This document shows, one piece after another, positions 54,135 to 62,761 of a DNA stretch of 64,000 nt. Made by a program: the position numbers and the translations under genes. The stretch spans positions 6,091-70,090 of IMG/VR virus record IMGVR_UViG_3300027710_001068; one strand, 5' to 3'. The notes below the pieces were generated by a model. The model was not told the origin of the DNA and searched no databases. It was given only the letters and a program-made list of their open reading frames with translations. The stretch comes from a virus. Within the stretch, counting starts at the first letter, position 1, and each line of letters begins with the position of its first letter.

Positions 54135-54733
54135 AGTCATTCTTTTTTGATGCTTATGCTTCTGGTGTGACAGAGGCATTGAGTAAAATCGATAGGTATA
54201 AAATAAGTGAAGCTATCAAAGTGATTGAGATGTATGCTAAAGAGCAGTCACCAATCTATGTGTTTGGTAATGGAGGTTCAGCTGCTTTGTCTGAACACTT
54301 CTCATGTGATCACACTAAAGGAGTAAGACATGATACTCCTTTGCAATCAAACATTATCAGCTTAGCTTCCAACATGGCTTTGATTACTGCTATTGCAAAC
54401 GATTACAGTTATGATGACATCTTTTCTAAACAAATAGAAGCATTCCCCAACAACAGAGGATTAGCAATTGCTATTTCAGCTAGTGGCAACTCAAAGAACA
54501 TTGTTAAAGGTCTTCGTAAGGCTGGTGAAAAGGGTTTAGAAACAATGGCATTTGTTGGGTTCAACGGCGGACAAGTTGTTGACTATGAGTTGGCTGATTA
54601 CATTGTTCATGTCCCTTCTGATAACTACGGTATTGTTGAGGATTGTCATCAGATCCTAATGCATTCAATTGCTCAAGCTATTCGTTCTAAGCACTTCTTG
54701 GCTAAGGATGATAACCACGAATTGAAGCTATGA
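54131..54733 (+). CDS. gmhA: Phosphoheptose isomerase (SIS domain)
   Basis: GNGGSAA, TAIAND, SASGNS and VEDCH motifs. Confidence 0.9.
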   Translation: MKSFFFDAYASGVTEALSKIDRYKISEAIKVIEMYAKEQSPIYVFGNGGSAALSEHFSCDHTKGVRHDTPLQSNIISLASNMALITAIANDYSYDDIFSKQIEAFPNNRGLAIAISASGNSKNIVKGLRKAGEKGLETMAFVGFNGGQVVDYELADYIVHVPSDNYGIVEDCHQILMHSIAQAIRSKHFLAKDDNHELKL

Positions 54734-55017
54734 GTAATAAAGTCCTTTTCTTTCCTAAGGAAAAACTAGACACTGCTCCTCAGTCGTTAGAGGAAGTGAT
54801 TTCCAAGATTGATGAGAACCAAAGAGATGCAGTTGAAGCTGCACTTGATGAAGTGGTACCAGACCTCTTAAACCACCTAGGATCGTTTAACTTTTACATC
54901 CAGGATGAGAAAGACATTGGTATGGTGTTAGAGTCTATCAAGAGTGGTGTATTCCGTACAATGAACATTAAACATGAACTACAGGACGTCACTGATCAGT
55001 TGATTAAAATTGTGTAA
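54730..55017 (+). CDS. Hypothetical protein
   Basis: MSNKVLFFP start; ATGA overlap. Confidence 0.7.
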   Translation: MSNKVLFFPKEKLDTAPQSLEEVISKIDENQRDAVEAALDEVVPDLLNHLGSFNFYIQDEKDIGMVLESIKSGVFRTMNIKHELQDVTDQLIKIV

Positions 55018-55034
55018 CGTGTTACAATATTAAT

Positions 55035-55895
55035 ATGATAATCCTTGACCTAAACCAAATCATGATCTCCAATGTGCTTCAGCAACTTGGAAATCATACA
55101 AATGTAGAGATTGAAGAAAACCTTGTTCGCCACATGGTTCTCAACTCTATCCGTAACCTTAAGACCAAATATAAAAGTTATGGTCAGCTTGTCATTGCTT
55201 GTGATGATAAGAAGTATTGGAGACGTGAGCAGTTTCCAGCTTACAAAGGCAATCGTAAGAAAGATAGAGAGAAGTCTGAGATTGATTGGACAACTCTTTT
55301 CAATACACTCAACACTATTAAACAAGAACTTAAAGAGTTCTTTCCTTACCCCATCATCCAGGTAGAAGGTGCAGAGGCAGATGACGTTATTGGTTGTCTG
55401 GTTGCGGAATTTGGTGTTTCACTAAATAGTTCATCTGCTGAAAAGATTCTTATTTTGTCTGGCGATAAGGATTTTGTTCAGTTACAATCGTATGTAAATG
55501 TTAGCCAGTATGATCCTATTCATAAAAAGAACATCACTTGCAAAGATCCAGCACAGTTCTTGAAAGAGTTAGTCCTTAAAGGTGATCGTGGGGATGGAAT
55601 TCCAAACGTGTTATCGCCCGACAACTGCCTCATCGAAGGCGTTAGACAAAAGCCTCTTACTGCTAAGAAGATGGCTGAGCTCCTTGCTGTTGATCCATCC
55701 ACATATAATTCAGAAATTAGATCAAACTTTATGAGAAACAACTCTCTCATCGATCTCACATTTACTCCTAAATCAATTTCCCAAGCTGTGATTGAACAGT
55801 ATCGTTCTCAGCAAGATAAGCCTAGAGATAAGTTGTTCAATTACTTTGTTAAACATAAGCTCAAAACATTAATAGAGAGTATCAACGAGTTTTAA
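55035..55895 (+). CDS. rnh: T4 RNase H (5'-3' exonuclease)
   Basis: YWRR..YK.NR, EADD, SGDKDF.QL and GD..DGIPN motifs. Confidence 0.95.
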   Translation: MIILDLNQIMISNVLQQLGNHTNVEIEENLVRHMVLNSIRNLKTKYKSYGQLVIACDDKKYWRREQFPAYKGNRKKDREKSEIDWTTLFNTLNTIKQELKEFFPYPIIQVEGAEADDVIGCLVAEFGVSLNSSSAEKILILSGDKDFVQLQSYVNVSQYDPIHKKNITCKDPAQFLKELVLKGDRGDGIPNVLSPDNCLIEGVRQKPLTAKKMAELLAVDPSTYNSEIRSNFMRNNSLIDLTFTPKSISQAVIEQYRSQQDKPRDKLFNYFVKHKLKTLIESINEF

Positions 55896-55910
55896 TATGG
55901 TGAATAGTAA

Positions 55911-56336
55911 ATGAGAAAACTTGGCATATCAGAGATCTTAAAGATTGTATCTGAACAAAAGACTACTGATGATAAAGTAAGGAAGCTTCAAGAGTTGAAC
56001 TCTCCTGTCCTTCAACAAATATTGAAGTGTGCTTTAGATCCCTCTATCAAGTGGAAGTTGCCAGAAGGTCAGCCTCCTTATAATCCTAGTCCTTATGATG
56101 ATACACAAGCCATGTTGTATCAAGAGGCTCGTAGATTATATTTGTTCTTAGAAGGTGGTAATGATAACCTTACTGCACTACGAAGAGAGCAATTGTTTAT
56201 TAGTCTTTTAGAGAGCATTGATAAAGAAGATGCTAAGCTGATACTTGCTGCTAAAGATAAAAAGATTCCTTATAAAGGAATTACAACAAAGCTGGTTAAC
56301 TCAGCTTTTCCAGGACTTATCTCACAGGAAAAATAA
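55911..56336 (+). CDS. Conserved T4-like protein (DUF6433-like)
   Basis: LPEG.PPY, RREQLFI.LLE, AFPGL. Confidence 0.85.
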   Translation: MRKLGISEILKIVSEQKTTDDKVRKLQELNSPVLQQILKCALDPSIKWKLPEGQPPYNPSPYDDTQAMLYQEARRLYLFLEGGNDNLTALRREQLFISLLESIDKEDAKLILAAKDKKIPYKGITTKLVNSAFPGLISQEK

Positions 56337-56342
56337 TAATAA

Positions 56343-56516
56343 ATGAATAAGCAACAGGATAAACGTAAGAAGAAGGATGACGATTATGATAGTCATCACG
56401 TTTATAAGCTCAAGCAGAGCTTTCATGATCGTAAGATGTATCGCAATATAGATAATGTATTGAAGAAGAAAGATCTTCGAGAACTTAAAAACTTAGAGTA
56501 CGATGATTATCGGTAA
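56343..56516 (+). CDS. Small charged protein (57 aa)
   Basis: MNKQQDKRKKKDDDY...; fills the gap. Not in the ORF track. Confidence 0.6.
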   Translation: MNKQQDKRKKKDDDYDSHHVYKLKQSFHDRKMYRNIDNVLKKKDLRELKNLEYDDYR

Positions 56517-56525
56517 AGGAAATAT

Positions 56526-56936
56526 ATGAAGTGGTTGAAGAAATTATTAGGAATGGAACCTGTAGCAACTTCTACAGCTCCTGTTGATGCTGGTGCAAAA
56601 GCATTTGACAATATGGCTAAGAACTTGGAGCAAGGTGCTGTTGGTTCATCCAATCCAGTTACAGCACATCCACCATCAGCTAATGGTGGAACAGAACCAG
56701 CTGTTATTGCTCAAGAAGTCAAAGAAGTTGTTCCGGAAGCTGTTAAACAAGAAGAGTATGGTAGTACTGCTATTCCATTAGCTGAAGTGCCTGCTGAGAT
56801 TGTTTTAGCTAAGCCAAAAGCTCCTCGTAAGCCTCGTGCTAAGAAGGAAGAAAATCCAGCTGGATGGCCTTTCCCTGGTGATGCGCCAGCTGAAGGTAAA
56901 GCCAAGCCAGCTGCAAGATCAGTTAAGGCAAAGTAA
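56526..56936 (+). CDS. Low-complexity Ala/Pro/Lys-rich protein
   Basis: AAGGA SD; MKWLKKLLG amphipathic start. Confidence 0.75.
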   Translation: MKWLKKLLGMEPVATSTAPVDAGAKAFDNMAKNLEQGAVGSSNPVTAHPPSANGGTEPAVIAQEVKEVVPEAVKQEEYGSTAIPLAEVPAEIVLAKPKAPRKPRAKKEENPAGWPFPGDAPAEGKAKPAARSVKAK

Positions 56937-57167
56937 TTGCCTACTTACAGTTTTCGCAATATTAAGACTGGTGAAGTCTTTGATAAGTTTATGTCCATGG
57001 GAGCTAAGGATGATTACTTATCAGAGAATCCAGATCTTGAGTCAATAATGGGTGCTCCTTCCCTTGTTTATAGCCCAACCGGTAAGAAGCCAGATGATGG
57101 CTTCCGTGATTTGCTCCGTAAAGTTAAAGCAGGTAGTGGTAGGAGAAATAGTATCAATACCTTTTGA
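56937..57167 (+). CDS. FmdB-like small protein (cysteines absent)
   Basis: MPTYSF....TGE; KPDDGF.D.L. Confidence 0.75.
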   Translation: MPTYSFRNIKTGEVFDKFMSMGAKDDYLSENPDLESIMGAPSLVYSPTGKKPDDGFRDLLRKVKAGSGRRNSINTF

Positions 57168-57184
57168 ATCTTGTTAGGAAGCAT

Positions 57185-57940
57185 ATGGTAAGAAAAGCAA
57201 CACTTAAATCTGTTGAAGCTGAGTCAGTCCATTCAGAGCGAGTCAGAGTTGTTAATAACTCATTGAAGCTTAGATTGGATGATCTAAAGACATTTGATCC
57301 TTTGACAGACAATCAAAAGTTATTCTTTGATGCTTACAAACGAGGAGACTACTTTGTTGCATTGCATGGGGTAGCTGGAACTGGTAAAACGTTCTGTGCT
57401 TTGTATAAAGCATTAGAAGAGGTGATGGACAAGAGTAATCCCTTCAGAAAGATTATTGTTGTTCGTTCTGCTGTTCAGTCACGAGAGGTTGGGCATCTTC
57501 CTGGTGATGTCCATGAGAAGATGGAAATCTATCAACAACCTTATCGTCAGATCTGTGAGACTCTTTTTGACCGTAAGGATGCTTGGGATAGACTTGAGGA
57601 GCAAGGCTTTATTGAGTTTATTTCTACATCATTTATTAGAGGAATGTCTTTCGATGATGCGATCATTATTGTTGATGAGATGCAGAACTTAACATTCGAA
57701 GAGATTGATACTGTGATGACTCGAGTGGGTTACAGATCAAAGATTCTTTGGTGTGGTGACTATAGGCAGACTGACTTGAACAAGAAAAAGAATGATATGA
57801 GTGGCATTCTTAAGTTCTTTGATATTGCCTATCATATGTCTGCATTCACTAAAATAGAGTTTACTCCTGATGACATTGTACGAAGTTCATTGGTCAAAGA
57901 CTATATCCTTGCCAAACTCAGGCACGAAGATAACACATAA
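57185..57940 (+). CDS. phoH: PhoH-like ATPase
   Basis: GVAGTGKT, GHLPG, FIRG, DEMQN, GD..Q.DL and DIVRS motifs. Confidence 0.95.
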   Translation: MVRKATLKSVEAESVHSERVRVVNNSLKLRLDDLKTFDPLTDNQKLFFDAYKRGDYFVALHGVAGTGKTFCALYKALEEVMDKSNPFRKIIVVRSAVQSREVGHLPGDVHEKMEIYQQPYRQICETLFDRKDAWDRLEEQGFIEFISTSFIRGMSFDDAIIIVDEMQNLTFEEIDTVMTRVGYRSKILWCGDYRQTDLNKKKNDMSGILKFFDIAYHMSAFTKIEFTPDDIVRSSLVKDYILAKLRHEDNT

Positions 57941-57975
57941 ATATATCATATTTAAGTTGGTTTAAGGAATAATAA

Positions 57976-58569
57976 ATGACTTTAGCTGCAAATGGCCAAA
58001 TGAGTGTTGGTGGTAACACATTCACCCGTTCGATCAACCTTGAGTTGGGCCGTGCTTTCAATACACAGGGTGCTTTAGGTTCTGCGGCCTTTAGGACTCT
58101 TGCTGGGGTTCCTTCAGGAGCTATTAGACTTGGTGCTGACTTCTATAGTAAATTTAACGTTTCTTTAGCATCAATAATTTCTGCAGAGCCTTTTGAGGCT
58201 CAGGCTCTTGCTCCTGGAGAATCTGTATTTGTCTCTCTGGATTTTAACTCTGATGGTACTTGGGACGCCTTTCTTGAAGCAGGTTTTGGAACTATAGAAG
58301 GTAATTGGGCTACAACTGCTGACGCTGGATCAACTTACCATATTCGGTTTACAAGAACATTTTTCTCAGGTGGATTCGGTAACTCAGCAACAGCTTCTAC
58401 TGGGTGGTTGCCGTTAAACGTTGGTCAGGGTATTCAGGTTTTTAACAGCGGCACTGATTCTATTGTATCAGCAGAATACACAATAGAGATTGCTACTGAT
58501 AGTGGAGGAACAAACATTTTAGATAGTGCATCCTTCATTACTCTTAATGCACTTTTATATGGTATTTAA
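57976..58569 (+). CDS. Probable virion (tail-tip/fiber-associated) protein, paralog A
   Basis: CATAAATA (57936) and TAAGGA upstream; SINLELG; G/S/T/A-rich. Confidence 0.7.
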   Translation: MTLAANGQMSVGGNTFTRSINLELGRAFNTQGALGSAAFRTLAGVPSGAIRLGADFYSKFNVSLASIISAEPFEAQALAPGESVFVSLDFNSDGTWDAFLEAGFGTIEGNWATTADAGSTYHIRFTRTFFSGGFGNSATASTGWLPLNVGQGIQVFNSGTDSIVSAEYTIEIATDSGGTNILDSASFITLNALLYGI

Positions 58570-58576
58570 CTAAAAA

Positions 58577-59239
58577 ATGTTTAATCATGAATTTGTTAAA
58601 GATATTCCTTTAACAACTGAACAAATTGATGGAAAGAGGTACTACCTCACACCAGAGGGCAACAAGTATCCTTCCATCACTACTGCCCTGTCTCACATGA
58701 GCAAGGATGCTATCCTCAAGTGGCGTAAGCGTGTTGGTGAGGAGCAAGCAAACAAGATATCTAACGCCGCTTCATCAAGAGGAACTAAGGTTCACTTGAT
58801 TGCTGAGAAGTATGTACTCAATGATCCTGACTATCTCAAGGATGTCAATCCGATTCATGCTGATATGTTCAAACCAATCAAGGACTACTTAGATCAGCAT
58901 TGTGACTTGGTGTATGGGACTGAAGTCGGTATGTACAGCGATACACTACAGTTAGCTGGTAGATGTGATTTGATATGCCGTTTGCATGGATTACCTTGTA
59001 TAGTCGATTTTAAGACTGCTACCAAGCCTAAAGAAGAGGGATGGATCAAGAACTACTTCATGCAATGTGCCGCTTACTCGCAAATGGCATATGAGAGACA
59101 TAACATTATGGCTAAGTGGATATGTATTTTGATTGCAACTGAGCATGATGGTCTACAGGTTTTCTATAGGAAGACAGCTGAGCACTATGGTGATTTGGTC
59201 TCTTATTTGGACAACAACCGAGTTGCAATATACGGTTAA
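58577..59239 (+). CDS. PD-(D/E)XK exonuclease (Cas4/RecB-like)
   Basis: YPSITT, RGT.VH, AGRCD, DFKT and Q..AY motifs. Confidence 0.9.
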   Translation: MFNHEFVKDIPLTTEQIDGKRYYLTPEGNKYPSITTALSHMSKDAILKWRKRVGEEQANKISNAASSRGTKVHLIAEKYVLNDPDYLKDVNPIHADMFKPIKDYLDQHCDLVYGTEVGMYSDTLQLAGRCDLICRLHGLPCIVDFKTATKPKEEGWIKNYFMQCAAYSQMAYERHNIMAKWICILIATEHDGLQVFYRKTAEHYGDLVSYLDNNRVAIYG

Positions 59240-59257
59240 GGTAGAGTTGGTATCCAG

Positions 59258-59265
59258 TATAAATA
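59258..59265 (+). promoter_or_regulatory. T4-type late promoter
   Basis: Intergenic TATAAATA. Confidence 0.78.
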
Positions 59266-59305
59266 CTCAGGTAACAATTATCAAAGCACCAAATTAGGAT
59301 AATAA

Positions 59306-59911
59306 ATGGCTTTACCAACGATCCCTGGTAGTTCGATATCATTAAATCAAGTAAATGTGGAACTTGGTTTATCGGGAACTGCATCTATTACAATGAACGA
59401 TGCGGCTGTTCGTACTTTGTTTGGTAAAGCAGGTTCAGGAACTACTATTTCTATGTCTGATGGTTCAGGTAAGTCTAACTTTACAGTAGCTTATGCTGGT
59501 CATCCTGGTACAGGTTACGGTGCCCTAGCTAACAACACTACATTTACCGGTGCTTCTTGCGGCAGTACTGCATATATGGTATTGAACTGGAAAGAAACTG
59601 GAGTAGTGCAAATTGCTCAAGGCTCTTTATTGTTAGAGAATTTTAATACTTGGGGTACTCCAACAGGGGGTAGTCCTGGTTCAAACTATTGGATACGATT
59701 TACTAGGACGGGTACCTTTGGAGATCAGGCCTCGACTGCCTCTACCGGTTGGCAACAATTAAATACAGCAAGAGATATTAGTGTATCATCAGGCACTAAT
59801 GGTGAAGCTACCTATACCATTGAAATAGCATCAGATTCAGGAGGATCAAATATATTGACAACAAGAACTGGTATTAATTTAGTAGCATTCGATGAATGTC
59901 AGTTTGGTTAA
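59306..59911 (+). CDS. Probable virion protein, paralog B
   Basis: MALP....ISLNQVNVELG; shares its C-terminal domain with the 57976 gene. Confidence 0.7.
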   Translation: MALPTIPGSSISLNQVNVELGLSGTASITMNDAAVRTLFGKAGSGTTISMSDGSGKSNFTVAYAGHPGTGYGALANNTTFTGASCGSTAYMVLNWKETGVVQIAQGSLLLENFNTWGTPTGGSPGSNYWIRFTRTGTFGDQASTASTGWQQLNTARDISVSSGTNGEATYTIEIASDSGGSNILTTRTGINLVAFDECQFG

Positions 59912-59918
59912 GATGTAA

Positions 59919-59940
59919 TTTGTTGGTCTTGGCCAACAAA
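59919..59940. terminator. Hairpin (possible terminator)
   Basis: TTTGTTGGT-CTTG-GCCAACAAA. Confidence 0.5.
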
Positions 59941-59944
59941 CGAG

Positions 59945-59973
59945 TTGTCATCCACTGTTGAAACGAGTACAAT
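59945..59973 (+). promoter_or_regulatory. Sigma70-type promoter
   Basis: TTGTCA-N17-TACAAT, then AGGGG and a TAAGGA SD. Confidence 0.75.
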
Positions 59974-59998
59974 AGGGGTTCTTACATAAGGATCCTTT

Positions 59999-60469
59999 AT
60001 GACTGCTCTTGAACTTCTCCGTAAAAACGATATCCCTTTCAATCAGACTGTCCATCATGCGATTGCTCGTACTGGTGATCTGATTGACAATGCTGGTTAT
60101 CCGTTAGGCAAAGCCAATTTCCTCATTAAACAGCTAGGTGGTCAAGAGGTTGACAACATTGTCATTGCTAAGTTGATGGCTAAGAGTTTGATTGAGCAAG
60201 TGTACATCAGCAAAGAGGATTACAATAGTGATCTAGCAATTGTTGTTGCTAAAGCTAAGGTAGACAAGATCCTTCACAACAGTCCATACATCTTACAGAC
60301 TAGTGAGCCAGTCTCTACTGCTCCAGTATCAGACAAGAAGGCCGCTGCTCGTGCTATCTTTGATCGTATGCAAGGAAGTACACCAGGACAAATTGTTAAA
60401 GAGATCCAGAATGAATTGAAGATCTCGTATGCCAATGCTTATTATTATGTATCAAGGGTGTTCAAATGA
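59999..60469 (+). CDS. Hypothetical protein with C-terminal HTH-like domain
   Basis: KKAAARAIF...ISYANAYYY, resembling the 6226 protein. Confidence 0.75.
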   Translation: MTALELLRKNDIPFNQTVHHAIARTGDLIDNAGYPLGKANFLIKQLGGQEVDNIVIAKLMAKSLIEQVYISKEDYNSDLAIVVAKAKVDKILHNSPYILQTSEPVSTAPVSDKKAAARAIFDRMQGSTPGQIVKEIQNELKISYANAYYYVSRVFK

Positions 60470-60618
60470 ATGAATGTCCTGAGTGTGGTACTCCAACCAA
60501 GTACTCAGCAAAGCATGATTCTTATTATTGTGAGAAGTGTAACTTATGGTTAGAGGAAAATTGCAATGACCCAACCTGTGAATATTGTATAGAGAGGCCA
60601 GAGTATCCAAATGAGTGA
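60466..60618 (+). CDS. Small Cys-rich protein (50 aa)
   Basis: CPEC...CEKC..WLE..C.D..CEYC..RP. Not in the ORF track. Confidence 0.7.
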   Translation: MNECPECGTPTKYSAKHDSYYCEKCNLWLEENCNDPTCEYCIERPEYPNE

Positions 60619-60814
60619 GCCAATGATAAAGAGAAGGTTAGATGCGATCCTATATGTCATCCTAGGATCAACTGATCTAGTGGAGAGGTGGTGGCATAGT
60701 CCTAACACAGCATTCGATAATAGGATGCCAAAGGATGTCTATTATCAAGATCCTCAAGGAAGGCAAGAGATCTCTGATTACATTAGTGCATATGCAGATG
60801 GAGAGTGCAAGTGA
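60611..60814 (+). CDS. MbcA/ParS/Xre antitoxin C-terminal domain-like protein
   Basis: LGS.DLVERWW.SPN.AFD...P.D motif. Confidence 0.7.
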   Translation: MSEPMIKRRLDAILYVILGSTDLVERWWHSPNTAFDNRMPKDVYYQDPQGRQEISDYISAYADGECK

Positions 60815-60918
60815 GGATCATTCTAACAATCCTGTTCTTGTACTTCATCTTTCATGGTCAGCCTGACATCTTTGATTATGTTCATCAGGCAACAATCGAG
60901 CACTTTAAGCAGAAGTGA
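60811..60918 (+). CDS. Small membrane peptide (35 aa)
   Basis: GTG start after GGAG; RIILTILFLYFIFHGQPDIFD. Confidence 0.45.
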   Translation: MRIILTILFLYFIFHGQPDIFDYVHQATIEHFKQK

Positions 60919-61192
60919 TAGCCATTGTTACTGTAATGTTGTTATTGTTACAGTACTCAGTGATCCAGTAGATTGAGCTAGAGCTGTTGCTACTATCATC
61001 AATAATAGATTGTAGCAATGCTTGGTCTGTTGATTGTCTAGTGATTGTGAGTGTGAGTGAGTCTTCAGACATTGTTTGTGTTGAAGTCAATCCGTAGTGA
61101 TCATTGGTCAGCTCACTACCTTCAGCAATAGCCATCCAAGGCCACTTGATTGTTTTGTCTGTTCTAGTTCTTGTTGTTGTTAGTGTGTACAT
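60905..61192 (-). CDS. Hypothetical Thr/Ser-rich protein
   Basis: TAAGGA SD on the minus strand. Confidence 0.7.
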   Translation of the reverse strand: MYTLTTTRTRTDKTIKWPWMAIAEGSELTNDHYGLTSTQTMSEDSLTLTITRQSTDQALLQSIIDDSSNSSSSIYWITEYCNNNNITVTMAITSA

Positions 61193-61200
61193 TTTGTTCC

Positions 61201-61743
61201 TTATTTAATCCATTGTCTGATGCTAGGTCTTCCATACATCCATCCTTGAGGGAGTGGATCTTCTGGTTTGATTCTCTTATTCTCCCATGTGTAGGGATCG
61301 TATATCCATTTCATTGTACTATGGCCAGCAGTCTTCCTTCTTTGCACTGCCGCATTCCTTCTCAATGCTTCTAATGTTTCAGGAGAGAAGTTCTTCTTCT
61401 TCCCTTTCATGTTAGCACTCATCTTGGCTTTAGTCTCTTCGCTATGCTTCACACCCTTACGTCCTTCAGAGACACGTCTATTGAACTCAGCCCTATACTC
61501 ATCAGACTTATTGATAAGATCTAGCTTATGAGTGCATCCCCAAAACATAAAGAACTTAACATCAACATCCTCAAACGGAACATTGTAAGTATTCATTAGC
61601 TTACGAATGAAAGCATGTACACCCTTCTTAGCTTTATATGTAGCAACAAGCTCAAAGCTCCTATAATCAGATCGAAGCTCACGCTCAGTATCCCTAGTAA
61701 CAATAAGCTTCTTAGGATTATGAGCAAGAAAGATACGAATCAT
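61201..61743 (-). CDS. NUMOD3-containing homing-endonuclease-related protein
   Basis: KGVKHSEETKAKMS; KWI.D...P.GW.YGR; no recognisable GIY-YIG or HNH domain. Confidence 0.65.
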   Translation of the reverse strand: MIRIFLAHNPKKLIVTRDTERELRSDYRSFELVATYKAKKGVHAFIRKLMNTYNVPFEDVDVKFFMFWGCTHKLDLINKSDEYRAEFNRRVSEGRKGVKHSEETKAKMSANMKGKKKNFSPETLEALRRNAAVQRRKTAGHSTMKWIYDPYTWENKRIKPEDPLPQGWMYGRPSIRQWIK

Positions 61744-61934
61744 TTTGCTTTACCAGATTTCATATTAGCCATCCAATGAGCCAATTGACCCTTACGACCA
61801 CCCTGCTTAGCAATCTTCCTCAAAACACTTACACTAGCCTTAGTAGGAACCCCATGACGCTTACTATCCCCTTTGTCCTGAGGATTACGACCATCCATAA
61901 AGTTCTCACAAATAAAATCAATAAACGATAACAT
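61740..61934 (-). CDS. Small basic protein with capsid-targeting-like N-terminus
   Basis: MLSFIDFICE|NFMDGRNPQDKGDSKRHG...AHWMANMKSG. Confidence 0.75.
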   Translation of the reverse strand: MLSFIDFICENFMDGRNPQDKGDSKRHGVPTKASVSVLRKIAKQGGRKGQLAHWMANMKSGKAK

Positions 61935-62150
61935 ATAATCCCTTGTATAAGCCTTCCATTATTTAGAGGATAGGTACTATTAGATAAGGGAGATAATCGT
62001 TCCTAGAAGGTTCTAACGAAGATAATCAGATGAAATAATCATAAAATATAAACAAAAATATGCAAGATAATTTCATCCTGTACAATAGGATAGCGATTTA
62101 TTGCATTTTCAGCCGATTTATGAAATATTATTGCATAATCACGTAGATAA

Positions 62151-62240
62151 ACACAGAAAGCCCCAGAAAGGAGCAGTATGTGTCAGGAATGAGCAGGATA
62201 GAGCAGAAGGGAGCAGAAAGACGCAGAAATGAGTAGGACC
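62151..62240 (+). repeat. Nine degenerate tandem 10-bp units (consensus gagCAGaaag)
   Basis: acacagaaag ccccagaaag gagcagtatg tgtcaggaat gagcaggata gagcagaagg gagcagaaag acgcagaaat gagtaggacc. Confidence 0.8.
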
Positions 62241-62321
62241 AGCTTTGGATCTACACCGGTTCAGGATTCCCCAGCAAGGCTCTGCACCCTGCTAAGAATG
62301 TCTCAGTCGAATTCGCAGAAT

Positions 62322-62368
62322 GACTCAGCCTGCTCCAGCAACCATTGCTGGTAAGCAGGATCAGAGTC
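62322..62368. other. Long interrupted hairpin
   Basis: GACTC/GAGTC, CCTGCT/AGCAGG and CCAGCAA/TTGCTGG nested arms. Confidence 0.6.
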
Positions 62369-62430
62369 TAGCTCAGCGAGGTCGCAGACAGGTTCTGCGG
62401 GGACGGGAAAGAGATCCAATTGTTCTTTGC

Positions 62431-62697
62431 TCATACTAGTTCCTTTGTTGCATTCAGTTTGGCGAGAGTAACTTCGTTCAGCTCTTTGATGATCTTGTTG
62501 CGGTGCACTGCTGGGAGCTCTGCAATCGTACGAGCGAAGAATGATTCTAAGTAACCCAGAGTGTACACAGAAGCATCAGAGGAGTCCATGCCCTTGATGA
62601 TCATGATGCCACGGATGGCTTCTACGAAGTCTCCAGTAGCTTCTGTAGCTTGGCTGCGGGCTGCTTCTGCACGGGCGAGGTATGTGGTTGCGTTCAT
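62431..62697 (-). CDS. Early hypothetical protein
   Basis: Promoter cassette and TAAGGA SD upstream; YTLGYLESF. Confidence 0.8.
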   Translation of the reverse strand: MNATTYLARAEAARSQATEATGDFVEAIRGIMIIKGMDSSDASVYTLGYLESFFARTIAELPAVHRNKIIKELNEVTLAKLNATKELV

Positions 62698-62719
62698 GTT
62701 GTTTCCTTAGTATGCCCCT

Positions 62720-62761
62720 ATTATCTTCGAGTTTGGTCATTCCGTCAACCAATACGCTTAC
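62720..62761 (-). promoter_or_regulatory. Early promoter cassette
   Basis: GTAAGCGTATTGG-TTGACG-N17-GATAAT on the minus strand. Confidence 0.8.

Noticed and set aside
56526-56936. Histone-like KPKAPRKPRAKK tract
   Set aside because: A short low-complexity segment that is insufficient to assign function.
58577-59239. Cas4-like gene as a sign of CRISPR
   Set aside because: It is a stand-alone PD-(D/E)XK exonuclease of a kind common in T4-like phages, with no Fe-S cysteine set and no array.
62151-62240. Possible mini-CRISPR array
   Set aside because: The units are only 10 bp, degenerate and contiguous, with no spacers. No CRISPR array or cas operon was seen anywhere in the window.
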